Source: an uncultured Chlamydiae bacterium (GTDB lineage: Bacteria > Chlamydiota > Chlamydiia > Chlamydiales > SM23-39). From it: DNA of 64,000 nt. Made by a program: the position numbers and the translations under genes. The number at the start of each line of letters is the position of its first letter. Within the stretch, counting starts at the first letter, position 1. The stretch spans positions 704,001 to 768,000 of the forward strand of contig CAWHDP010000002.1 of assembly GCA_963828125.1 (NCBI GenBank), written 5' to 3'. The notes beneath the pieces are model-generated. The model saw only the letters and a list, made by a program, of their open reading frames with translations, was not told the origin of the DNA and did not search any database. Positions 63,833 through 64,000 of the stretch are shown piece after piece.

Positions 63833-63852
63833 TGTGTGAGAAATGCGGGCTA
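63833..63852 (+). repeat. family E arm
   Basis: TGTGTGAGAAATGCGGGCTA matches 46822-46842 apart from one G. Confidence 0.7.
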
Positions 63853-63902
63853 AGGCGTGGGCAAAAACCGATTCTTCAGATTCAAGGATAAGCTGATGAG
63901 TT

Positions 63903-63999
63903 GCGAATAATGTGTACGATTCTTCGATGTCCAGCGCTAACTGTACCCTGAGGGTTGCTAGCTGCGCGATAGCGAATAATGCGTACGCTTCTTCGATGT
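63903..63999. repeat. direct repeat with 69-bp period, probably inside an ORF entering from beyond the window
   Basis: GCGAATAATGYGTACGMTTCTTCGATGT at 63903 and 63972; a minus frame stays open to the window edge. Confidence 0.6.
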
Positions 64000-64000
64000 A

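Overview
Bacterial chromosomal window, most plausibly from an environmental member of the Chlamydiota. This is inferred from the murF-mraY-murD order, ptsI/HPr/HprK, dnaX-ybaB, tgt with YhhQ, a tail-less GroEL paralogue and effector-like orphans; citrate synthase, L,D-transpeptidase and phosphoketolase argue against Chlamydiaceae. The housekeeping backbone (cell wall, PTS, TCA, tRNA-Cys, tRNA-His) is interrupted by AT-richer accessory genes: a USP-deubiquitinase/macrodomain fusion, two GH18 glycoside hydrolases, an NB-ARC-like/TPR protein, a tandem retropepsin pair with a small beta-rich protein, and an ackA-xfp-P-type H+-ATPase operon. Most junctions between accessory and core DNA carry short palindromic or inverted-repeat elements of at least five families, three of them ending in TATAC...GTATA. 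Family A occurs as an 83-bp copy with 36-bp perfect inverted repeats, five identically oriented 47-48-bp deletion derivatives and two half copies. These elements bracket accessory genes, abut gene remnants and supply the C-termini or stop codons of several genes. All assignments come from motif recognition by eye; no database searches were run.
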